From NCBI GenBank assembly GCA_963740355.1, contig CAVUDW010000002.1:672001-736000 (forward strand): a stretch of DNA of 64,000 nucleotides, written 5' to 3'. Below are positions 19,601 to 27,882 of this stretch, in pieces (the stretch's first letter is position 1; each line of letters begins with the position of its first letter). Made by a program: the position numbers and the translations under genes. This DNA is from an uncultured Gemmatimonadaceae bacterium. Its GTDB lineage: Bacteria > Gemmatimonadota > Gemmatimonadetes > Gemmatimonadales > Gemmatimonadaceae. The notes under the pieces are model-generated. The model was not told the DNA's origin, did not search any database, and saw only the letters and a program-made list of their open reading frames with translations.

Positions 19601-21178
19601 CCGGTCACGGCGACGCTGCAGACCTTCCCGACGTTGCAACGCAATGAACCGTTGTCCGGATCGTTGACGCTCAGCAACACACCGCTGGCGCTGTTCGAGG
19701 CCGCCACGTCCGCAATCTCCGATGCGAGTGGCACGCTGAGTGGCGAGCTGCAGTTGAAGGGCACGGTCGGTGAACCGCGAATGGACGGTACTGTCACAAT
19801 GGCGAATGGTGCGAGTTACATCGCGCCGCTCGGGGTGCGTCTCGTCGGCATGGACGGCGAACTTCGATTCAGCGGCGACAATCTCTCGTTGCCGCGCCTG
19901 ACCGTGAGCGGAGCCGGCTCGCGCGGCGGCAACGCCACGCTGAGTGGGCGCATCGGTTTCGCCTCGCTCGAAGATCCGTCATTCGACATCGCCATCCAGG
20001 CCAGCAACCTGCGCATCCTGGACCGACCGCGCATTGCCACGTTGCAGGTGTCGACTGACGCTGGTGGGCTGAAGATCCGCGGTACGCAGCGTGGCTCGGT
20101 GTTGACCGGCAGTGTCACCATTCCGAGCGGCGACATCACGATTCCGGAGTTGGGCGTCGCGAAGAACCTCGTCTCGATCGACGACCCCGAGTTCTTCACG
20201 CTGATCGATACCACCACCACTGAAGGACGTTCGCTGCTCGATGCGGCACCATCACCACTCCTGAAGAATCTCGAAGTGCGCGACGTGCGCCTCTTCATGG
20301 GCAACAACGTCTGGCTGCGCTCGGCCGAGGCGAACATCAAGCTGGCTGGCGATGTCGGTGTCACGCTCGGGCGGTCGCGACAGGACTCGTCGCGAGTGCA
20401 ACTGGCGCTGGACGGTACGCTGCTGGCCGAGCGTGGGACCTACCGGCTGAACCTCGGCTTCGGTGCCGTGCAGCGGACGTTCGAGGTGGAGCGGGGAACG
20501 CTGAAGTTCTATGGCGAGCCGGAGTTGAACCCGGCCCTCGACATCCAGGCCGTCAACATCGTGCGCCAGTATACGCGTCAGGATCGGGATATCCCCGTGC
20601 GGATCACAATTGGTGGCACGCTGGTGCTGCCGACACTCAAGCTTGGCAGCGCTGACCCGAGCCTTGCGTTGTCGGAGTCGGATGCGATCAGCTACCTGTT
20701 CACCGGACGTCCGAGCTTCGCTGTGACCACCGCCTCCGACCGCTATTCCTCGCAGACCGCGAGCATCCTGCTGCCGACGCTCGGCAGTGCTTTGGGTGAT
20801 CGAGTGGCTCGTGCCCTCGGCTTCGATCAATTCCAGATCGAATCGGCGGGCGGCGTGAGCGGACAGCAGTTCGGCTATCAGTCAGCCCTCGCCAGCACGC
20901 GACTGGGTGGTGGTGTACAGATCGGAAGCAAGACCTTCGTGCGTGCAACCGTCGGGCTCTGCCAGCTGTTCGGAAACAGCCAGGTCGCCACCAACCAGCC
21001 TCTCGTGAACTCCATCGGCGCCAAGCTCGAGTATCGATTCAGCCAGTGGATCTCGGCATCCGTCGGCCTCGAGCCACCAACGAACGTTCTGCAGTGCAAC
21101 AACAACGTGAATGCGCGCAATTTCGTCCCGACGCCGCAGCAGTTCGGTCTCGACATCACGCGCAAGTGGGAATACTGA
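16649..21178 (+). CDS. tamB: Translocation and assembly module TamB-like protein
   Basis: ~1510 aa, N-terminal membrane anchor, beta-rich body, C-terminal GTLKFYGEPELNPALDI / ESDAISYL region. Confidence 0.8.
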   Translation: MIRRRRLVLVAGLITVVLMALAAVGSVLVVTGTDFGRDWVRKLVVQQVAPAVKGRLFLGRITGPILTGVTVDSIEIADSAGVVMVSAGKTTMRWDPRDFLDRRILIQRLVTDNVLIQIIKYKDGDWNYKHIFPQGPKGKPRTKGSFGDFIVFDSVSMTRGRFFLTMPWAPADSLKGARRDSAIAFNIARTNAQIRRIPRGLVRTWRWEQATLDLSHVRMANPDTVGRLFRVTNMDVSEFDPPFRFEKLRGDFRWLGDSIWMQIPHFQMPGSAGHAAGKIVWGSDLPVRYDIAIRGEKVAMNDIAWLTETFPTQGGGTMDLLIRNDPSNLNVLKYAITNMDARSLDSRLRGKMTWGVGGPVVTLTDVDMRADPLDFALLRQFNGIPFPYPWRGQFTGTVKAKGGPLHRFDVDELNFAFRDANVPGASSVGRGRGQVDILYPAFTRFRGFSVDVERGDLRTPRFLNKEFARLNGYVRGSAVLDSLWYDVRVRNLDVFHDDGTGAPMSHVTGGGRIKLEPKYVLYDMQLNAEPLSFTMLGNSYALMPLRGTMTGPITVKGTIAALEVTGQLNGDAGSLSGSGVVDIEPAGYALKGQGMFDRLDLRTLLDRTTAPVTQLNGRAEMDVRGDSLANLFGTMGLSFDRSRIDKLRLDEGTARFSFRDGIATVDSLSVLSPSLSIGARGGIGLRSDRSDSLLFRLTVDSLGGLRSWLSTASADAPDSLGGGMTLRGRLTGHLDSLGVNATLSGRDVLRGTVSSVVADMTATGSFVRGVPSGTVQFEADSVQAGPVRLNAVTAKGVFTSARDGTISLDARADSGVRLGLEARLRGAGDTLVASLASMFASGPRTKWSLLHPSTITQSRGITSIDSLVLGDTGLARVRIRARVPANDSVSVMVDAALIPLRDVGWITRRERPMTGLLDAQLQVRGTKAAPTATLNARANGVTVGSTPIGDARLEGTYADNSFRAAVSLSERNRATSLLSAQLALPVTATLQTFPTLQRNEPLSGSLTLSNTPLALFEAATSAISDASGTLSGELQLKGTVGEPRMDGTVTMANGASYIAPLGVRLVGMDGELRFSGDNLSLPRLTVSGAGSRGGNATLSGRIGFASLEDPSFDIAIQASNLRILDRPRIATLQVSTDAGGLKIRGTQRGSVLTGSVTIPSGDITIPELGVAKNLVSIDDPEFFTLIDTTTTEGRSLLDAAPSPLLKNLEVRDVRLFMGNNVWLRSAEANIKLAGDVGVTLGRSRQDSSRVQLALDGTLLAERGTYRLNLGFGAVQRTFEVERGTLKFYGEPELNPALDIQAVNIVRQYTRQDRDIPVRITIGGTLVLPTLKLGSADPSLALSESDAISYLFTGRPSFAVTTASDRYSSQTASILLPTLGSALGDRVARALGFDQFQIESAGGVSGQQFGYQSALASTRLGGGVQIGSKTFVRATVGLCQLFGNSQVATNQPLVNSIGAKLEYRFSQWISASVGLEPPTNVLQCNNNVNARNFVPTPQQFGLDITRKWEY

Positions 21179-21210
21179 CGTGGTGTGGCTGATGGGAGCG
21201 TGCTGAGCGC

Positions 21211-22071
21211 ATGACAGTCGATGTACCGCTGCCCCTGGTGGGGCCGAGCATCACGATGCGATCGCTGGCGGCGCGTGCCGAGGAACTGCGTCGGGACGTG
21301 ACTCGCCCCGTGCTCCTCGTCGGCGCGCGCGGCCTGGGCAAGCAATATCTGGCGCGTCGTATTCATCTCGCGTCGTCGATGTCAGCGCAGCCATTCCTCG
21401 TGCTGGACGCGCGCGACGCACACGACAGCTCCGTGCGGCAGCTGCTCGACGGGGCGGCGCCTGGCTCGACGGTGCTGGTCCGGCATGTCGACAAACTCTC
21501 GGCCGCTGCGCAGGCACTCCTCGATCAGCGCACCAGTGACCGTGGCCGCATTGCCCGTCTGATGGCCACGACGACCGGCGATATCGTCTCGCTGGTCACG
21601 GCGGGCAAGTTTCTCGAGTCGCTGTACTATCGCATCCACGCCTGGCCGATGCTGCTGCCGGCACTCGCTGACCGTGAAGCAGACGATCTGGTGGCGCTGG
21701 CGCAGGCCGTGCTGGCGCAGACTGCGGATGAGGATGGCGACTTGCCGGTGACCCTCGATCCGTCGGCTGGGCTGCTGCTTCGTGCGCATGCTTGGCCCGA
21801 CAACCTGCGGGAAATGGAAGCGACGATGGCGCTGGCACAACTTCGGGCACGCGGCGCGGCGTCCATCGGTGCGGAGCACCTGTCTCTGCAGGCAGGCGAC
21901 GCCACACTTCCCCCGGCTGACGCGACACTCGCTGATGTGGAGCGCTGGCACTTGTTGCGCGCCCTGGCATTGTTCAAGGGCAATCGGACACACGCGTCGC
22001 GAAGCCTCGGCATCAGCCGGATGACGTTGATCAGCAAGCTGAAGCTCTTCGGCGCAGCGATCGACGAATGA
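21211..22071 (+). CDS. Degenerate sigma-54-activator-type AAA+ protein with Fis-type HTH
   Basis: GARGLGK Walker A, LYYRI, WPDNLRE, GNRTHASRSLGISRMTL. Confidence 0.75.
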   Translation: MTVDVPLPLVGPSITMRSLAARAEELRRDVTRPVLLVGARGLGKQYLARRIHLASSMSAQPFLVLDARDAHDSSVRQLLDGAAPGSTVLVRHVDKLSAAAQALLDQRTSDRGRIARLMATTTGDIVSLVTAGKFLESLYYRIHAWPMLLPALADREADDLVALAQAVLAQTADEDGDLPVTLDPSAGLLLRAHAWPDNLREMEATMALAQLRARGAASIGAEHLSLQAGDATLPPADATLADVERWHLLRALALFKGNRTHASRSLGISRMTLISKLKLFGAAIDE

Positions 22072-22108
22072 CCTACGTCTCGCAGCAGGCAATCAGGGCA
22101 GATCACAC

Positions 22109-22906
22109 ATGACCAGTTCCATCGTCGGACATGCCTTCGTCCGCAGTGCGATCGCACCGATGTTCGCCGAGGCGCGTGTCTCGTCGGCGCAGGTGTCGCA
22201 GCAGCTGGCCGGCCACCCCGTGTACGTGCTCGAGTCACGTGACGACCACTGGCATCGCGTGCGTGGCATGGATGAATACGAAGGCTGGATGCACGACGGA
22301 TACTTCATGCGCCTGGTGGATGAGGCGCCGGTGATCCCCACCACGTCGGCCGATTTTGCGCTCACGTATGTGCCGCGGGTGTCGATGGGAGTGATCGCCC
22401 GCAGCGAGCGCCATGGATTGCGCGCGCTGCCGCTGGGCGCCTGGATGGACCTCGACGAGGAGATCGTCGATGGCGAGACGGTGGCGTTGAACGAAATGGA
22501 AGAGCACTTCGCCACCGCGCCGGACGCAATCGCGCAGTCGGCCGTGGAGTGGTTCGAAGGCACGTCGTATCAGTGGGGCGGGGTGACCCCGTGGGGTGCC
22601 GATTGCAGCGGCTTCGTACAGACGATCTTCGGCGTGCATGGGGTGCGCCTGCCGCGTGATGCGCACCAGCAGGCGCTGGCGGGAGAGGAGGTGTCGCGCA
22701 GTGCGTTGCAGCCGGCAGACCTGCTGTTCTTCTCCGACCGTCCCGACAAGCGGATCACACACGTCGGTGTCGCGCTGGCGGGCGACCGGCTGGCCCACAT
22801 CGCGATCGGGCGCGGCGGCTTCGCACTGGAGTGGCTGGGCGACGCGGACGATGCCTATGTCGCGGCACTCAGCGCGCGCTTCGTCACCGCGCGCCGGGTG
22901 GTCTGA
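22109..22906 (+). CDS. SH3 plus NlpC/P60 cell-wall peptidase (YkfC-like)
   Basis: YQWGG, DCSGF, LPRDA, DLLFF, HVG motifs. Confidence 0.88.
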   Translation: MTSSIVGHAFVRSAIAPMFAEARVSSAQVSQQLAGHPVYVLESRDDHWHRVRGMDEYEGWMHDGYFMRLVDEAPVIPTTSADFALTYVPRVSMGVIARSERHGLRALPLGAWMDLDEEIVDGETVALNEMEEHFATAPDAIAQSAVEWFEGTSYQWGGVTPWGADCSGFVQTIFGVHGVRLPRDAHQQALAGEEVSRSALQPADLLFFSDRPDKRITHVGVALAGDRLAHIAIGRGGFALEWLGDADDAYVAALSARFVTARRVV

Positions 22907-22922
22907 TCAGTCGCGCAGCAGT

Positions 22923-24005
22923 TTAGTCGGGAAGCTCGCGGAGCCATCGGGTCGCGGTGCGCACAGCCTCCCAGGATGGACGTGGGGTGCCGTCCGCCTT
23001 CCGCAGCCCAAGGCTACACAGAAAGCCGATGAACTGCGGCTGGTTCGGAAGGTTGTAGTAGGCGCCGAAGTCGTTGCACTGCTGCGCCGTGAAGTCATGC
23101 AGCAGGAAGAGGTTCACGAACGGCATCTTGTCCGACCGTTGCTTCCATTGTGCGATCGCGTCGGTGAAGAACTGTGCCTGCATCGTGTCCGAGCTGCCGT
23201 TGAGCGGCGAGGCCGGATAGCCAAGTTCCTGCAGCAGCACCGGCTTGCCGCCGGCGAGCAGGATCATGTTGTCGAAGAGCACACCCGAGATCGTCGGCGG
23301 GGCGACGTTGAAGCTTTCCAGCCCGAAGGGATAGAGCGTGTAGATCGCCACGTCGCTGACGGCGATGAGCGCCCTGACCGCCATGGTGTTGCTGGCGGCA
23401 CCATCGTACTCGAAGGTGACGCCAACTTTCACCGCTGGGGCGCGCCGATGGACCGCTGACACAGCCTGCGCCATGAATGCGGTGTAGGTAGACCACTCCG
23501 ACGTCCCACGCAGATAGTTGCCCACCTCGTTGCCGATCGAGAGGTAGGTCACGTCGCCGAGGATGGGTGTCAGCGCATCGAGCAGGCGCTCGAACCGCTG
23601 GGCCACGCGCGCATCGTTCCAGGCGAGCGTCGCCAGGTCGCTGGGCAGCTCGCGCTTCACGGTATTGATCGGCTGGACGCCGAGGAAGACCTGGAGGCCG
23701 CGGCTGCGTGCATAGCGGACGTCATCGATGACGCGCTGCACGTTCAGTCGTGCGCTATCGGGTTCGAGTCTGCTCCAGGTGTACGTGAGCACATTGCCGC
23801 GAGCGCCGAGCGCAATGCTGGAATCGATCGCCGCCACAAAATCAGCTGGCTGCGGCGCCGGAACTGCCCGAGGGTTGGCGCTGATGGCGAGCACCGGCCG
23901 CGCTCCCGAAGGCGGAAGCGTGAGCGGGTTGGTGGAATCGCATCCGACCAGGCCACAGGCCACGGCTAGTGCCACTGTGTTGAAGACGCGCGATCGAGGA
24001 ATCAC
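22923..24005 (-). CDS. Putative lipoprotein glycoside hydrolase (clan GH-A TIM barrel)
   Basis: LVGC lipobox; IGNE acid/base and QELGYP nucleophile-like motifs. Confidence 0.6.
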   Translation of the reverse strand: MIPRSRVFNTVALAVACGLVGCDSTNPLTLPPSGARPVLAISANPRAVPAPQPADFVAAIDSSIALGARGNVLTYTWSRLEPDSARLNVQRVIDDVRYARSRGLQVFLGVQPINTVKRELPSDLATLAWNDARVAQRFERLLDALTPILGDVTYLSIGNEVGNYLRGTSEWSTYTAFMAQAVSAVHRRAPAVKVGVTFEYDGAASNTMAVRALIAVSDVAIYTLYPFGLESFNVAPPTISGVLFDNMILLAGGKPVLLQELGYPASPLNGSSDTMQAQFFTDAIAQWKQRSDKMPFVNLFLLHDFTAQQCNDFGAYYNLPNQPQFIGFLCSLGLRKADGTPRPSWEAVRTATRWLRELPD

Positions 24006-24092
24006 TGCCGTCCGCTCCTGATGATTCGGTCCGCTGCCCGTCCTGCTCGAGCCCGTCGCCTCAGTGACGTTGAGGCGCTCGGACTGCGACTC

Positions 24093-24533
24093 TTACGAAA
24101 CCAGCCCGGCGGGCGCTGCCGGCGCCAGCGGGAGCATCGTTTCCAGCACCTGATTGACGTGCAAGGCGGTGCGTGCGGCCTCGGCATCATCGATCGCCAC
24201 GATCATGGTATAGATGCCCGGCTGGTCCATCGGCAGGTCGACGACGGCCAGCAGCGGCACGTCGATGCCATCCGCTCCTTCCGGCGCCGGCCCGACCAGC
24301 AATTCACCGCGAGATGACCAGAGCATCTCACCGACCGGATTGACCCACTCGAGGCTGACGCCATGTGGCCCTTCGTCTTCGGCAACGGCCTTGAGGCGAA
24401 CGACGAACGTGGCACGGGGGTGCAGTGACGGCAGCTGGCCAACATGGAGGGCGTCGAAGACTCCCAAAATGTTGAGTTTCCCTTCCTGGGAGACATTGGC
24501 CGCATCGGCAAAGAGCGCAAATTGAACATTCAT
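24093..24533 (-). CDS. Conserved hypothetical beta-sandwich protein (DUF6941-like)
   Basis: FADAA..EGKLNILGVFD N-terminus; PGIY C-terminal motif. Confidence 0.65.
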   Translation of the reverse strand: MNVQFALFADAANVSQEGKLNILGVFDALHVGQLPSLHPRATFVVRLKAVAEDEGPHGVSLEWVNPVGEMLWSSRGELLVGPAPEGADGIDVPLLAVVDLPMDQPGIYTMIVAIDDAEAARTALHVNQVLETMLPLAPAAPAGLVS

Positions 24534-24598
24534 GACGGCATGGTACCCGGCCCCACGGCGTGCGGGAAGGCGTTCCGGGTGTCGCTAGATTAGGACAC

Positions 24599-25555
24599 AT
24601 GTCCGCCTCTGTCGCGCCTGCACCCGCCAGCCCCTCGTCACCATCAGCGCCTGCCGCCGTCGCGGTGCCTCCGGAAACATCCGGTTTCGGCACGATCGAC
24701 ATGCTGCTGCTGCTGATGGCGGCGCTCTGGGGGGCGAATTTCTTCGCGGTGCAGTACGGCACCGCACACATGCCCGGCCTGGCGTTCAACACCTCGCGCA
24801 TGACCGTGGGTGCGGTGGCAATGCTGGTGATCGCCGTGCTGTTCGTGCGTGAGCCATGGCCGTCTCGCGCCGACACGCTCCGGCTGCTGGGCTACGGCGT
24901 GATCGGGAACGGCATCTACCAGTACCTGTTCGTGATGGGCCTCTCGCGCGCCCGCGGCGGGTCGGCCTCGCTGATTCTGGCGGCGTCGCCGGCTGCGCTG
25001 GCGATCCTCGGCTGGTTGACGAAAACCGAGCGCATGTCGCGCTTTCTGGTCGGCGGGGTGGTGCTGTCGATCTTCGGAGTCTCGATGGTGATGCTGGGCG
25101 ACAATGTGTCTGCAGGGTCCGGCGGGAGCTGGCTCGGCAGCATCTATCTGTCGCTCGCCGTGATCACCTGGGCGCTGTACGCCACGCTGCTCCGCCCGCT
25201 CACACATCGCGTGAATGGGATTCAGCTGACGCTCATCACGCTGTTGGGCGGGCTGGTGCCTTTGTTCCTGCTGACGGGGCAGGACCTGCTGGCCACGGAG
25301 TGGACCGCGCTCACCTGGCGCACGGTGGCCGCCATGGCCTACGCGGGGCTCGGCGCGATCGTGGTGGCATACGTGATCTACTACCACGGCCTGAAGAAGA
25401 TCGGCGCCACACGCACGTCGCTTTATGCGAACCTGCAACCGTTCGTCGCCATCCTGGTGGCCTGGCAGTTTCAGAATGACCGTCCCACCATCTGGCAACT
25501 CATGGGCTTTCTCTGCATTACCGGCGGGTTGCTGCTGGCGAGGCGCGCTGTATGA
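24599..25555 (+). CDS. DMT/EamA family transporter
   Basis: LWGANF, about 10 hydrophobic segments, NLQPFVA. Confidence 0.88.
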   Translation: MSASVAPAPASPSSPSAPAAVAVPPETSGFGTIDMLLLLMAALWGANFFAVQYGTAHMPGLAFNTSRMTVGAVAMLVIAVLFVREPWPSRADTLRLLGYGVIGNGIYQYLFVMGLSRARGGSASLILAASPAALAILGWLTKTERMSRFLVGGVVLSIFGVSMVMLGDNVSAGSGGSWLGSIYLSLAVITWALYATLLRPLTHRVNGIQLTLITLLGGLVPLFLLTGQDLLATEWTALTWRTVAAMAYAGLGAIVVAYVIYYHGLKKIGATRTSLYANLQPFVAILVAWQFQNDRPTIWQLMGFLCITGGLLLARRAV

Positions 25556-26265
25556 CCGTCCTCGTCCTGTTCGACATCGACGGCACGATGCTGCTTGCCA
25601 ATGGCGCGGGTCGCCGCAGCGTGCACCAGGCGATGATGGATGTCTTTGGAGCGACGGGCCCGCAGCATCATCCATTCGATGGCAAGACCGATCCGCAGAT
25701 CGTTCGCGAACTCGGCACGATGGCCGGATTCGCCGATGACGTGATTCACGAGCGGATGACGCGTGCGCTGGACAAGTATTACGAGTATCTGGAGGCCGAC
25801 ATCACGAGCACACCGGAGACGGTGGAGCTGTTGCCAGGTGTCACGGCGCTGCTGGATGCCCTCGAGGCACGATCCGATGTGATGCTCGGACTTCTCACGG
25901 GCAACATTGCGTCGGGTGCCGCGCTCAAGCTGCGCGCGGTGAACATCGCGCCGGAGCGATTCGTGGTGGGTGCCTATGGGTCCGATGCGCCGACACGTCC
26001 GGCACTGCCGGCGATCGCGCAGGCACGCGCCTCAGCACTGCTCGGCGCAGAGCTGCCGGGCTCGCGAATCGTGATCATCGGCGATACGCCCCATGATCTC
26101 ACCTGCGGCAACGGTATCGGTGCACGCGCGATCGGCGTCGAGACGGGCCGGTTTCGCGCCGCCGACCTGCATCCGCACTCGCCGCTGGCGGTGTTCGCGA
26201 ACCTGGTCGACACACACGCGGTCGTCGATGCGATCACGAGTGTGTTGTCGGAGCGTGCGGCGTAG
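25552..26265 (+). CDS. HAD family hydrolase (phosphoglycolate phosphatase-like)
   Basis: FDIDGT, LTGN, IGDTPHD motifs intact. Confidence 0.88.
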   Translation: MTVLVLFDIDGTMLLANGAGRRSVHQAMMDVFGATGPQHHPFDGKTDPQIVRELGTMAGFADDVIHERMTRALDKYYEYLEADITSTPETVELLPGVTALLDALEARSDVMLGLLTGNIASGAALKLRAVNIAPERFVVGAYGSDAPTRPALPAIAQARASALLGAELPGSRIVIIGDTPHDLTCGNGIGARAIGVETGRFRAADLHPHSPLAVFANLVDTHAVVDAITSVLSERAA

Positions 26266-27041
26266 TGTCGCAGGTCGGCGGAATCCTGCCGGTGCGCCTG
26301 CGCGGTGCCTGGCAGGACCGCGCCCTCGATTTCGACGCGACGATCGAACTCGACGGGACACTGGTGCGCATCTCGTCGCCTGCCGCTGATCCACCGCAGG
26401 TTGCGGTGTCGATCGATGACCTGCTCGGTGCCGCGTTGCACGACGACCTGCTCACGCTGCACCTGCACGGCGGCCGAACGATCATGCTTTCGGGCTCGCC
26501 TCACCTCGAAGGGTTTCGCAACCGGCTCGAGGCCGCGGTCTGCCAGTTCCCGGCGCAGACTCTGTCGCTGCGCGGCTTCGGCTCGGAGCGCAGCGCACCG
26601 GGCTCCGATCATGACATGTGGTTCGAGGGCTTGTTGACCGCCAGGCGCGTCGCGGAAGAGAGTCGCACGGTTGAAACGCAGCGCCGCGCCTTCGACGCCA
26701 CCCGCCTCTCCCGACATGCGCAGGTCACACGCGCCGGTTGGGCCGCGGTGCGGTTCGAGGCACCAGCTGACCGTCGCGCGCTGGAGGCTGAGCTCGAGGA
26801 GCTCTCAGCGCCCTACAGCCATGCGCTGCGGCAGCTGGAGCACGCAGCCCTGCGCCTGAAGCAGGCGACCGACGATCGGCAGTTCGACACCTGGCGGCGC
26901 TGGACGGGCACGGTCCAGAAAGCATTCCGGGCGGCCGATGAGGTCTGGGCGCCGATGGTGCCGGTGCTCTGTGATTCCCGTGGCGCCAAGGGATCGCTTT
27001 GGCGCCGGCTCCTGCGCCGGCCGACCTCAGGCAACCCATGA
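26265..27041 (+). CDS. Hypothetical protein
   Basis: 258-aa ORF overlapping both neighbours in operon fashion. Confidence 0.6.
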   Translation: MSQVGGILPVRLRGAWQDRALDFDATIELDGTLVRISSPAADPPQVAVSIDDLLGAALHDDLLTLHLHGGRTIMLSGSPHLEGFRNRLEAAVCQFPAQTLSLRGFGSERSAPGSDHDMWFEGLLTARRVAEESRTVETQRRAFDATRLSRHAQVTRAGWAAVRFEAPADRRALEAELEELSAPYSHALRQLEHAALRLKQATDDRQFDTWRRWTGTVQKAFRAADEVWAPMVPVLCDSRGAKGSLWRRLLRRPTSGNP

Positions 27042-27430
27042 TCTGCGGCATTGGGATGGACCTGGCCGACATCGACCGGATCGCGCGACTGCTGGGCCGA
27101 CACCCTGAGCGGGCGCGGCGGCGCCTTTTCACGGAAGGGGAGCGCGCCTACTGCGACCGGCGAGGGCTGCCGGCGCGCCATTTCGCTGCGCGGTTCGCGG
27201 CGAAGGAAGCGGCGTTCAAGGCGCTCGCCGGCTCGGAAGAGGCACGGCACATCCACTGGCTGGAGATCGAGGTGGCCAACTCACCGCTGGATGGCCGCCC
27301 GATGCTCCAGTTTCATGGCGCGGCGGCGAAACGTGCGGCTGAGTTAGGCGTCTCATCCATACACATCACGCTGACACATTCCGATCATGTGGCGGCCGCG
27401 GTGGTGGTGCTGGAGTCGTCTGGCCGCTGA
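27038..27430 (+). CDS. acpS: Holo-[acyl-carrier-protein] synthase
   Basis: GIGMD, ARFAAKEAAFKA, ITLTH motifs. Confidence 0.93.
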   Translation: MICGIGMDLADIDRIARLLGRHPERARRRLFTEGERAYCDRRGLPARHFAARFAAKEAAFKALAGSEEARHIHWLEIEVANSPLDGRPMLQFHGAAAKRAAELGVSSIHITLTHSDHVAAAVVVLESSGR

Positions 27431-27533
27431 GCAGTCCCTTGAGTCAGGATCCAATCCCAAGCAGATTATTCGGCATTGCAGGGCCCTGCTCTAGCCGAGT
27501 TCGGAGGAGCGGTGTATTGTTCTTCTGTGTTCC

Positions 27534-27548
27534 TGAGAATCATTCTCA
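27534..27548. promoter_or_regulatory. Fur-box-like iron-responsive operator
   Basis: Perfect 7-1-7 palindrome TGAGAAT-C-ATTCTCA 13 bp upstream of feoA. Confidence 0.75.
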
Positions 27549-27561
27549 ACTAGACTGAATC

Positions 27562-27846
27562 GTGACTCCTGTCGCTCTTCCCATCGCCGATCCGCTTGTC
27601 GCGAGCACCCCGCGTGCACCGCTGGCGTGCCGTCTGGGTGAGTGTGTGGCGGGGGCGTCGGCGACGGTCGTGTCGCTAGGATGCGGCGAGAATGAAGCGT
27701 GTCGTCTGCGCGAACTCGGACTGATGGAAGGCGCGAGCATCAACGTGGTCGATGCTCGGCACTGCATGCTGTTGGACGTGCGCGGTTCGCGGTTCGCCTT
27801 GAGCCCCGCGATCACCGCCGGCATCACCGTCCTTCCGACGCGCTGA
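27562..27846 (+). CDS. feoA: Ferrous iron transport protein A
   Basis: RLRELGLMEG, VRGSRFAL; upstream of feoB. Confidence 0.85.
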   Translation: MTPVALPIADPLVASTPRAPLACRLGECVAGASATVVSLGCGENEACRLRELGLMEGASINVVDARHCMLLDVRGSRFALSPAITAGITVLPTR

Positions 27847-27882
27847 GCGTCGAGCGGTTCCTACCGCACAGACTGACAATCG

